Source of the DNA: Entomortierella parvispora E1425
Taxonomy: Eukaryota > Fungi > Mortierellomycota
Assembly (NCBI GenBank): GCA_020891255.1
Contig: BQFW01000005.1
Span: 1,612,001-1,676,000, forward strand
DNA: 64,000 nt
Direction: 5' to 3'
This document shows, in pieces, positions 45,413 through 55,926 of this stretch (position 1 is its first letter; each line of letters begins with the position of its first letter). Under the pieces are notes generated by a model. It had not been told where the DNA came from and ran no database searches. It saw nothing but the letters and a program-made list of their open reading frames with translations. Made by a program: the position numbers and the translations under genes.

Positions 45413-47956
45413 CTAATTTATCCAATCGGCACCAATGGAAGAGGCAATGAACGCGAACTTGTCGGTCGTTTCCTCGATCCTTTTAGCAATCGGCTTTCCA
45501 GACCCATGTCCAGCGTTGGTTTCGATACGTATTACAAGAGGGTTTTTGGTGAGGGGACCGGCCGTGTACTGAAGTTCTGCAATGTACTTGAACGAGTGCA
45601 GAGGAACAACACGGTCATCGTGGTCCGAAGTGAACAAAGCAAAAGCAGGGTATGGCATGCTCTTGTGTACATTGTGCAGTGGCGAGTACTTGTGGTTGTT
45701 GTGGAAATCCTCGGCGTTGTCATCAGGATAACCATAATCGGATTGCCAAGCATGCCCAATTGTGAATTTGTGGAATCGCAACATATCCAAGACACCGACT
45801 GAGGCGACCGCTGCACCGAAAAGCTCAGGAGCCTGGTTCACGCATGCAGCCACAAGAAGACCGCCGTTTGATCCTCCAGTGATAGCCAACTTTGCAGGCT
45901 GTGTATACTTCTCATGGATGAGATATTTAGCTGCGTACTGGAAGTCATCGAAAACATTCTGCTTGTTCAACTTGGTCCCTGCCTTGTGCCAATCCTGACC
46001 ATACTCTCCACCTCCACGAAGGTTGGCAACAGCCACAACACCTCCAAAGTGTTGCATGAAGATAATGTAGCTGGGTGAGTACGCAGCCTTCCGAGAAATA
46101 CCAAAACCGCCGTAACCACTTAGTAGGGTTGGGTTGTTGCCATCAAAGACAAGATCCTTTCGATGAGTCACGAACATGGGGATCTTGGTGCCGTCCTTGC
46201 TCTCGTAGAATACCTGCTTTGTTTCGAACAGAGTATTATCAAAGTTCTTGACGATAGCCTTGCGGAAGATCGATAATCGCTTCTCCTGATCCTCAATACC
46301 GAAGTCGTAACGGTAAATGGAACTTGGAGTGAGATACGACGAAAAAGAAATAAAAAATTCTTTGGTCTCCCGAAGCCCAACAATGTCTCCAAGAGTACCG
46401 ACAGGAAGAGGAATCTGGTAGAGAAACTGCCCTGAGCTCAAATCATGGACGACGGCGATGTCCTTGACATCGCGCATGTAAGAGAGTACCAACTTGTTGC
46501 TGTCAACGACAACAGCATCGACCAAAACGTCTTCAGTCTGAGGGACGAGATCGATAAAGCCCTTAAAGTTATTAAAAGGAGGTGCAAAACGTAGTCAGCT
46601 TCTGATCAAACAAAACCAGGTTAAATGTACTTTTACCAGGCTCGATGGTTATTACTTTCTCAGGATGTGCTAAGTCATACTTGACGATCTTATTGCGAGG
46701 GGCATCGCTGTTGGTCCAAAAATAAAAAAGAGTATCGTCGTTGGCCAAGCTATGATTTGAAGAATAGGCATGAAGTCAGAGCTAGAGCAAAAATCACAAG
46801 ATAGACTGTATTAGAATTCCATAATCGAAATGCAGAATGGTAACCTACTAGTCATATAGCGCCTCAAAGTCGTCGACAACCTTGTTCCATTCGTATTCCT
46901 GCGTGATGATGGCATTTCCAGCTGCCTCAAGATCGCCAAAATACAGCTTCCTGGCGGGGTAACTGTCCTTCCTGATGCTCAAGAGAATATATCTTCCGTC
47001 GTCAGTGATTTTGGCAGCGGGTTTGTACAGGGGGTTCTCAGGATCGAAAAAAACAAGAATATCTTCCGACTGGAGAGTGCCGATTCTGTGGTAGAACAGT
47101 CTCTGGTGAATGTTGGAGGCGGTCTCGGTTCCTAGTTTGACAGCGTCGACATCGGGTTTTTCGAAGCTCTTTTGAGGCGCAGACAAAAGTGGACGAACAG
47201 GATCAAAATGAAAATGACGAAAATTTAGCCACAGCAAGAAAAAAAATTGTCACACGGTCACTAGGATCGCTTGAGATCGCATTTAAACTCACAGAGTAGT
47301 AAAACCCCTTGTCGTCATGGGTAAAGACTATTTGGGTGAACTTCACCCACTCGATGATATCATTTAACTTGTTGCCATTACAGTCTTGGACGTAAATAGT
47401 GCACCAGTCAGATCCTGACTTGGAGATGGTGTACGCGTACAATTCTCCAGAGTGCGAGAATTTATGAGTTCTCATTGAGGCCGTTCCATCCGCCTCCAAA
47501 GTGTTGGGATCCAAGAATACACGAGGCTCGGACTCGAGAGTGTCCTGTTGGTACAAGACTCTCTGAGACTGGAGCCCAGAGTTATGGAAGTAGTAGTAGT
47601 GACTGCCACGCTTGAATGGAGTACCGAAACGCTCATAGTTGAACAATTCTGTCAAACTGAGAGAAATAAAAAAAGGGATGGGACTATTAATATCGGTCTA
47701 CCGTTTCCCTCCAGCAACTAATACTCTCATACCGCTCGTTGAAGCTTTGCTTGTCTTCAAACTTGTCCATAAACTGTGAGGCGATCTTGTTTTGGGCACT
47801 GATAAAAGCCTTAGTTTCTTCAGAGTGAGGATCTTCGAGCCAGCTGTAAGGGTCGGCAACAGTAACGCCGTGCTGAGTATAGGTGACCGCGGTTCGGCGG
47901 ACGTAGGGATAGACGATACCGCCGTCCAGAGAGCTAATGGGCGACGTGTTGACCAT
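45413..47956 (-). CDS. Prolyl oligopeptidase (S9A), copy 1, frames intact, multi-exon
   Basis: VADPYSWLED N-terminus, propeller exons and the catalytic triad GGSNGG / DHDDRV / AGHG. Confidence 0.93.
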
Positions 47957-48303
47957 ACTAGTTCAATCCAAAGAGTGGGGAGGGCGAGGAGGAAGAGGAA
48001 GTATAAATGCAAAGAGAAGATGCGAAAAAGAAAAAAGGAAGTGCAGTGATCTCTTCAGATCAATTTGAATCCTGCGAGCTCTCATTTTTTCGCCTTGTGG
48101 TTGTGCTCTCGCACCATCTTCTTCGCTCTCGCCCTCGCCCTCGCCCTCGCCCTCGCTTTTTCCTCTTGCCATGCCCGTCCGACAATTCTTATTCGCTGGC
48201 CGATAGCTCTTGTTTGTCGACTGCTCCTTCCCTGGAGGCGTTTATTTGTCGGCTGGACAAAAAGCTCCTTATTTGCGGTCCTAATGTGCTCGAGCTCTCA
48301 CAA

Positions 48304-48792
48304 TTAGAGGCATATTGAATCGCGTGCAGGCGTTCGCTTTGCCCTGCCCTGCCCTGAGTTCGAACATCGCCGTACCTTTAGTCTCTGTATGTCGTTCGCT
48401 TGCACTCCCTTTTCTGAGCGAGTCTCAGTGACACGAGAACATCGAATGCATCGGCGGATTAGAAGATCTCGATCAGTGGTTTCGTGAAACTTGCCAGAGA
48501 CACAAAAGGCGTTCCAAGGAATGCTCCCAACGATCAAACTTAGTCGATCATCGATTTATCGAATCGCACAAAGCCTGGTCAATGGGTCGAGAGAGCACGT
48601 CATTTGATCAGTTTCACCGAATGAATACAAAAGCACACGGCGAAAACCCAGGAGTGTTACCAAGTTGAGTGGACTTTGTTTGCTGATGCCATATGGGGCA
48701 TCTAAACAAAGCCCATTGAACGTGTTCAGGAGCTTGCCAGAATAAACGAGCACCGCGGCTGAGAGAAATGTAATGGAGGATGAGAGATGCAT
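48304..48792 (-). pseudogene. Secreted ricin-B-lectin-like remnant with an in-frame stop
   Basis: MHLSSSITFLSAAVLVYSG signal, then KLLNTFNGLCLDAPYG (N..GLCLD ricin-type motif). TAA at 48558-48556, after which the same frame continues (LKVRRCSNSGQ). Confidence 0.45.
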
Positions 48793-49169
48793 ATTTGAGG
48801 AAAGGGAATTTTGCAGAGCTTGTGGGAGAGAACTGAGGTTCTCTAACGGCAATCGTTCACGTTTTTTATCTACTGTATTGCTGGTGCGCCCAAAAGATGT
48901 TCTCACCGATTGGGGGTTGAGAAGTGGGGCTTGAAATGCAAATGCCTTTGCAGCTCTTGATCGAAAAAGGAGACCATGGTGATGGATGCATGGCGAAGCA
49001 AAGAGGCAAAAAAAAAAAAAGGCGCGAGGCAAGGAAAGCGAAGCGAATACATGTATACCCCTTTTCATGAAATGATTGTGCGAGTGAGCCTGAGGCGCAA
49101 TGGGGAGCCGAACTAAAACGAAAAAATATGACCTTCATTTGCTGGAAGAAACTCTACAAACGCTTCCAT

Positions 49170-49740
49170 TCAACTCCGTATTGTTTGGCCTCCAAAGAAA
49201 ACCAATTGTGTCGCCTTCAGACGGTCAGGCATGACGATACCAACGGAAGAGAGGAATGGTTCCAGTGACGGGCGTGGGAAAGAGGTAGCCTTCCACCCCT
49301 TCGAACAGGTATCCAGCAGCTGGTGCAATATCTCCTTTTGGGTCAGCACAATAGAAGTGATCATGCGGACCCGGATGCCACCAGCGAAGCAATGGGACGG
49401 TCCCATTTTCAGGATTCTTGTAAATATAGCCGACGATACGTCTATATTCATAACCAACCGTTGCAGGAGGTCCACCTGGTCCTGGTCACAGTAAAAGCTG
49501 TCCTGAACCATTCACGGTGGTATTGGCGATACAAACAGGATACAGATATCCGACTATCCCTTCAAAGGTGTATGAATTGGCAGTAAAGTCATTCCGATCC
49601 GTTGTATAGTAATGATCAGCTCTTGTGTGCGTGTGGTCCGGTTCGGTTCTTTGCATGGTATCAAGCGACCTACCTACTGTATTGTGATATTTTAGGATGG
49701 TGGAAATATCGCCGTTACAAGAGGAAGAGACGGGCGAATG
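49170..49740 (-). pseudogene. DUF5648-like repeat remnant
   Basis: ADHYYTTDRNDFTANSYTFEGIVGYLYP matches the DH.YTT...Y..EG..GY.Y repeat as I recall it. A frameshift follows. Confidence 0.5.
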
Positions 49741-49903
49741 TGATGGAGATAATAAAAAAAAAAAAAAAAAAAAAAAAATGAGAGTCATGGAGCAAGTCAA
49801 CGCGTTTTTTGTCTCGAGCGGATCGCGACGGGAGATGAAAAAGGCCTGATCCATTTGGACACCCAAACACAGCCCATGCGATGACATGTACTTTTTTCTA
49901 CGT

Positions 49904-49958
49904 GCAATCGCAAATGCTGCAAGCAATCGCAAATGCTGCACCCAATCGCAAATGCTGC
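49904..49958. repeat. Three copies of caatcgcaaatgctgc at about 19-bp spacing
   Basis: Directly visible at 49905, 49924 and 49943. Confidence 0.9.
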
Positions 49959-50059
49959 GTCAAACGTCTTTGTTAATCTTCGTGTTTTTTACGTCGCATT
50001 CTGTCGCACCACCTTCGTCCTCATTGCTACAATACCTGTCGTCGTTTCTAACGCTCAGG

Positions 50060-50421
50060 CTGAAAACACTCTTGTCATTATGCGACGAGGCTCTTGTCCG
50101 TTGTGCAAGGTGCCGTCCAGCACCAGTCCAAGAGTTGGACGAGTGTGGCTCTACTGGCACCGGTCATGGAAGTGCTCATTAGCGCCATGGGATAGCCTTT
50201 AGAATGGATGCCTGCTTTTTCTTTTTTGGCCTGAAAACACTCTTGTCATTATGCGACGAGGCTCTTGTCCGTGGTGCAAGGTGCCGTCCAGCACCAGTCC
50301 AAGAGTCGACTGGCACCGGTCATGGAAGTGCTCGTTAGTGCCATGGGGTAGCCTTTAGGATGGATGCCTGGTTTTTTTTTTTTTGGCCTGAAAACACTCT
50401 TGTCATTATGCGACGAGGCTC
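50060..50421. repeat. Tandem repeat of ~157-171 bp, 2.2 copies
   Basis: ctgaaaacactcttgtcattatgcgacgaggctc at 50060, 50231 and 50388. Confidence 0.92.
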
Positions 50422-50795
50422 AAGTAGTTTGTCGGAGAACTGGTGGCTAAAGTCCGCATGGGGCGTGTGCACCAACCTGGCGAAAGGTGTACCTGGATGT
50501 TTTATTATGCCGGGGGAAGTACTAGTCATGATTCTTCTGCAAGAAGGAACTACGATAGGGAGTCTACCTGTGGAAACGATTGGGAGTCCGCGCCGATTTG
50601 GTATGGAGAACGATTACATCGCCGGAGACAGACTGGGCGATCGCAGAGGCTGCTAAGGTCTGGTGCCCCCAGAGTAACAAATATATCTCGGAAAGCAAGT
50701 TCAAGTTACCACGTCAACTCCATGACATATTGGTTGGCCGAGCAATGGATGTTGGGGGCGCAAGTGAACTGCGTGATTACTGGTATCAGGCTTGA
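50422..50795 (+). pseudogene. PD-(D/E)xK restriction-endonuclease-like domain remnant
   Basis: GVRADLVWRT...DWAIAEAAK...KYISESKFKLPRQLHDIL shows D...ExK-like spacing. Frameshifted upstream. Confidence 0.4.
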
Positions 50796-50923
50796 TCATT
50801 GGAGGTACAGGTCTTCCCGTGTTTTATTCTTCTACTTTGATATTTTAAGCACGAACCAATAACCACCATTTAATGTGTTCTAGGGCCATGCATCCAACGG
50901 GTTTGGGGAGCAGCTGGCGACAA

Positions 50924-51055
50924 TAGCCTGCCTCCTTTCTTCGAGGCCAATTCTTTTCGTTTTGTGTAACTTGATTCACGCTGGAAAGCAGAAAAAAGCA
51001 GATTTCCAGGATCGAAAAGTGATTCTCTTGGGCACACAAGAAAGGATGGCGGCTA
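50924..51055. mobile_element. MITE, second copy
   Basis: TA|gcctgcctcctttcttcgaggccaa...aagaaaggatggcggc|TA. It shares the internal cttttcgttttgtgtaacttg-ttc-cgctggaaagcag with the 32712 copy. Confidence 0.75.
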
Positions 51056-51929
51056 ATATCTCCAGGCTAATCAAAATGGACGCGACTAGACTGGAAGCTA
51101 GGGTCAGTCGCCTGTCGTCATCTTTACAGGCCATTCACGAGCCGCTTTGTTTCAGGGTACGTTTGTGGTGCAAATATCCATTCACATGATTTCCGATGTA
51201 ATTTGAGTGTTTTTGTTCTAATCATCCTATGCAAACATAGATGCCAACGATTCATTTGATATCGCAGTATGAGCTGGCCGCCAAACGCCATTCCAAGCAG
51301 TGGAAGCAAGACCGTCACAGAAACTAAACTACTGCTTTGTTGGAGCCAAGAATCTCAAGACCGAACCTTCTTCAATCTTCCCCGTAATGCAATACCTCTG
51401 TAATTTGCCATCCCCTTCCTGGATGGCACATCGCTCCAAATCAAATATGGAAATAAAGCACAGCTGCAGCCGGAAAACATCGAGACTCTGTAATTCTCAA
51501 ATCTGAATTGCAAATGGTGTGGAGTGCTCCAAAAGAGTTGTGTCAACTGTTAAGAACCATGTTAGTTGCTTCAGGCGGGATAAATCCCAGGTGGATCCAA
51601 GTAGGTAGCTGCAAACGAATAGATCTCGTGCAACAGTCAGATCAGACTGACGGTGCGGCGTCTTCACTCACAGCAAAGCCACAAACAAATGGTCAACTAC
51701 AACCAGTGCCACCATTGCACCATTGCCACCACCACAAACAACACTTCACAACCATTAGTATAAATACCCCAGACTTCATATCAATAAACATCATTCAATC
51801 TTCGTACTCTTCCCTTGGCCTTTACTATCGCAATAGCACTAGATAGATATCCCAAAGAGAAAAAAAGAGCAGTAGAAGTGAACAAAGCACTACAACGCAC
51901 TATGACGAATTTGATGCAGGGAGGAGAGA

Positions 51930-51962
51930 AAGAGCCGAGATCGAAGGATCAAAAAGCAACGT
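51930..51962 (-). rRNA. 33-bp 28S rRNA snippet
   Basis: aagagccgagatcgaaggatcaaaaagcaacgt has one mismatch to the conserved LSU antisense sequence as I recall it. It is the same region as within 4221-4411. Confidence 0.7.
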
Positions 51963-52670
51963 ATATCGACGGAGAACCCAGAAAGACTCTTCGTATCTGA
52001 TCCTACTTCTGTCCCAAATACATTCGGCGAAATGTACGGACGGTGTTGAGGGCATTGTTCTTGTGCGGTTTCACAGGTACTCTCCAATCCAGAGCTACGT
52101 GGTAATATTGGGAGCCAAGTTGAAGGGAACTAGACAGATAGACAAACATTCATTATCGTCTGTGGACTAGCAGTGATGGTTCCCAAGCTCATCACCAATG
52201 TTGTGCTTTCAAATAATGTTCCCAACATGTTTCCTGTCTTGTCCTGTCCTTCTCATTGTCTCTCTTCTCACTCTCAATTTTTTGTTTTGTTCTTTTTTCA
52301 CCTATCATAGCCAGGTTTGTGAACAATGTAATCAATCCCCTTCTTAGTTTTTTTTTTTTTCAAGCCTCTGTGGACAAACACCTGGTTTTTAGACCCATCT
52401 CACGACGACTATCCTGGCCTCGAATCTTTTTTATGTTCTTCTCTCTACGCGTGCTTCGCTCGCTCCAGGGCAGCCGAAGGCTGAGATAACCTGTGTGAAT
52501 AAAAGAGTAAAACAATACCTCTTTGAACTTCACAAAACCCCATTCCACTTATCTTCCCCTCCCCCAATCCACCACAGGGTCACGCCTACAAAGTTCAAAC
52601 AGTCGCCATGTCCAGCTACAAAGGTCGATTTTTTCAAGCCTGCATTCTTTTTTTTTGCCTTTTTTGCAGT

Positions 52671-52881
52671 TCCGAACCGCGGCGAGAACGCAGTGAGCGC
52701 CGCTCCAGTTGGAACTACTAATGGAGAGGTGGTGGGAACGACTGGCCCAACCCAAGCGGGTGTTGCCGATGCCGCTGGAGTAGATGCAGGTGCAACTGTG
52801 GGTGCCAACACTGCCTCCGCTGGCACTGATAAGAGTACAGAAATTGTGGGTGGCATTGACAGGACCCTTCTTGGCTACTAA
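52671..52881 (+). other. Possible terminal exon of a Gly/Ala/Thr-rich protein; 5' exons not found
   Basis: Polypyrimidine tract plus gcag acceptor, then an open low-complexity frame to TAA. Confidence 0.25.
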
Positions 52882-53260
52882 GAGACAGATGAACCTCGTT
52901 GTCCACCATCTAGTTCCCGCTGCTTTCCACCAAGGCTGTTGTAGCCAGCACCGCTGTTCTTGAAACAAAACAATAAAACGCGAGCTCCGCGCGCTCTAAA
53001 CCATCTCTGCAGTGAAGGGGCGACCGAGCAAGGAGGGGTTGGTAAATCAGACAAAGGCACACGCACTTTAAAGTCGATTTGACAAGCGGGTCGGCTGTCT
53101 TTCATCTCTAGGCTTGCAGCAGCAAAAGGCACGCCAGCATTTTTGGCCCGTCTTCTTTCAAAAAGCCGAGTTAGGGCCGATGGCCCCTTGCAAGAAAGAA
53201 AACGCGTCGATATCGAAAGGGTATATTATAAGCATGAAAAAGGGACAGACTATCAATCAA

Positions 53261-54846
53261 CTAGCTGTATTGGACCTGGTCTACAATAGCCCAGTAATGG
53301 GAGTTGTAGAAATCCCTTGTGGAAATGGACATTTCAAATTCTGATTTCAACGTCTCATCCACCTCCTTGTAGAAGGCTCTAGCAGGGTAAAAGATCAACC
53401 CCAATCCCGTCAGGCAGCACAGAGCCTTTGTCCATCCATTCCTCATGAACTCTGCGAGGGGAGCGGACGAAAATGCCTTGACAACATTATTGGAGCATGG
53501 ATATGAAATGTCGATTGAGTATCGGTAGTTGGTGCATCGGATAGCATGGGTGATGGCCCCAGTGAGTTCAGCATAGTCCCACACAACAGTCTATGGTTGA
53601 GAGATCAGAAGTCAGATTAGTAATTAGGTGCGGACAAGGGGCCTTTTTTTTTGTTTTTCATGATGAATTATTTTCAGTAACTCGTTTACCTTGTGCATGT
53701 GAATCTCCTTGAACGGGTTTTCATTATCCGCATACTGCTCCATGACTTCTCGCAAGCTCGGCGCGACTCCTGTCTTTGGATCTGGGGTCGTGTAGAGTGT
53801 TCCTCGAGCTTGGATATAGGGCGTAAGATCTATCGTGATGTTGAAGTCGTCCACTCGCACATTTTTGGTGACACACTTTGAATGACCATCCGAGTCCTTG
53901 ACGGTTTCCTGTCGTCTCTCAATGTGGTATCCTTTCGAATATAGATAAAAAGAAAAGGATGGGATGAATATCAATGTCCGGTAAACATTCAAGATGAAGC
54001 GCGTCATAGAACAACAGAAAAAGAACGCGACTCCATACCATTGATAACGACATTCATGGATGGTCGGTCATTACGCGCCACAAAGAATCGGTAGAGTTGG
54101 TAAGGATCGGCCAAAACTCTGTCATACGATTCGACGCCTTTCTTTGTCCTCTTAAAGTCCGCGATGGAGATGTCCTGTGGATTGATCAAACCAGGCGCAT
54201 CTGGGACTCCTGCGAATGGGACAGCTGGCGCTTGATATGATACGGGCAACGTTGGTGCCGATCCGGAAGAAGATCCGTTAGATGGTGGAGGATGGTCAGG
54301 TGGACTGTACATAGGCTTATCGGCCGTATATCCAGAAGTTTGAGATTCCTGCAATGGTGGTGGGGGTCCTGGTGGAGGCAAATATGTTCTTTGGGCAGTT
54401 GAAGCGTCTGCACCCATTGGCGGTGCAGATGGGAGCGACTGTCCGGTTTGATGATGGGGAGTGGCAGACCGGGCCATCACGTTGCATGGTCCCGTTCCTG
54501 GACCATCACGGCGAACCGGTGCCTTTGAACGAACCGGGTCTGGCTGAATATAGGTGTACTGTGCCCGCGCATCAGGAATCTTGCCCATCTTGAGCGGCCG
54601 TGAGGCCTCATATTCCCGCTCGTCCTCCTCAAAGTCTTGAATACCCTGGTCGTCATCGTGAGGAAAGTCATGGGGTGCGACGGTGGCGACTCTGGAAAAA
54701 GGGTTGGGCGAGGATCCAGTCAGAGGATCGTTCAAGGACCGAACAATGGCCTCCTCGTAAGGAGGGGGACTGACGCGCGGGAGGAGGGGAGCCAGACTCT
54801 CGTGAGCCACAGCCGAGTTGGCGGTAATAAGGGTTTCAGGGTCCAT
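53261..54846 (-). CDS. Conserved fungal hypothetical protein with an N-terminal PPPY motif (3 exons)
   Basis: MDPETL...SPPPYEE, a Pro-rich linker, then a globular domain spliced across GT-AG introns (LYRFFV...NDRP; VDDFNITIDLTPYI; WDYAEL..AI...I....Y). Confidence 0.8.
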
Positions 54847-55926
54847 TTGGTATTGAGAAAGAATGAAGAAGGAATGAAGAAGGAATGAAATGAAGGAAGA
54901 AGGAATGAAGAGAAGAAAAAAGAAAAACGAACAAGGCAGTAAAAGTAAAAGGACGGCGGACATCCAAAAAAGAAAGATGTGGCGCCAAAGTCGACGGACA
55001 ACGCCAAGACCGAAAGGGGGAATACTCCAATTTGTCACGTGGGTGCTCAGCCACACCCCTTGTCGCCGTGCACTTGACTTGGCCTCTCCCTTTCTTACAT
55101 GAGCTCGCTGGTGCTTTTTTGTTAGTTTCTGCTCCAATTGGAGCCGTTGGAACCACGACCAAAGTGAAAAAGAAAACTGCCATCGACATGAGCCTTTCTC
55201 TAGACATGAAGCAACAGATATTATCTACTAAATAACTTATTTACTATTTACACAACAGATCTAACAGAGAATGTTGATGACTACGATGGTCTGCATCGAT
55301 GTTCTTCAATTGGCGACAGTTTTCTTTGAATACTTATCTATACAGACAGGTAAGTAAGATCTACGCTCCACGGTTTAAAAATCTGTCAACTGGCCTACAA
55401 CTTGCTACGCTGCTGCTGCTGCTGCTGCTGCTGGAATAGTCGCATGTTCATCTCGCTCAATCCTTGAACCCCTTGGATAGAAGTGCTCGACAACACGAGG
55501 TTATTAGGGCCGGATCACCAGTGCAGGGACACCCCAATCTCATTTTCGTCCTCCGCAACCCTCCACCTACTTACCGACTTGTCTTTACAGCCAATCACGA
55601 AATCGGCATCATTCAGCCAAGCGATAGAGCAGACAGAACAGGGCAGCAGGAAACCTCACTTTGGCAATTTTTCTGCACGAGGCCATTGAAGACCTTTACT
55701 TTTTCCCAGCAGAATATGGACAGAGAGCACATTCTTTTTCCTTTTTGAGTTTATCCACCTCGCCCTCGCCCTCACCTTTTGTGAGCTGTGTTCAACATCG
55801 CATTCTAGGCGGCCATTGGTCAAATTGTATTTTTTGAGAGCATTCAGCTGTGTGCCATGCATCATAAATATCGAATGGGCGAAGAAATCTCCCTCGTCAT
55901 CCTCATTCCCTCATTGCTGCATTGCC

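Noticed and set aside
52549-52968. SSNWSGA motif suggesting a G1 (eqolisin) peptidase
   Set aside because: The AWVG-like motif is in another frame and in the wrong order, and there is no catalytic context.
48000-55900. Search for MSDIN-like or repeat-core RiPP precursors between the POP genes
   Set aside because: No short ORF with a conserved leader and Pro-flanked core was seen; the tandem repeats there contain stops in all frames.
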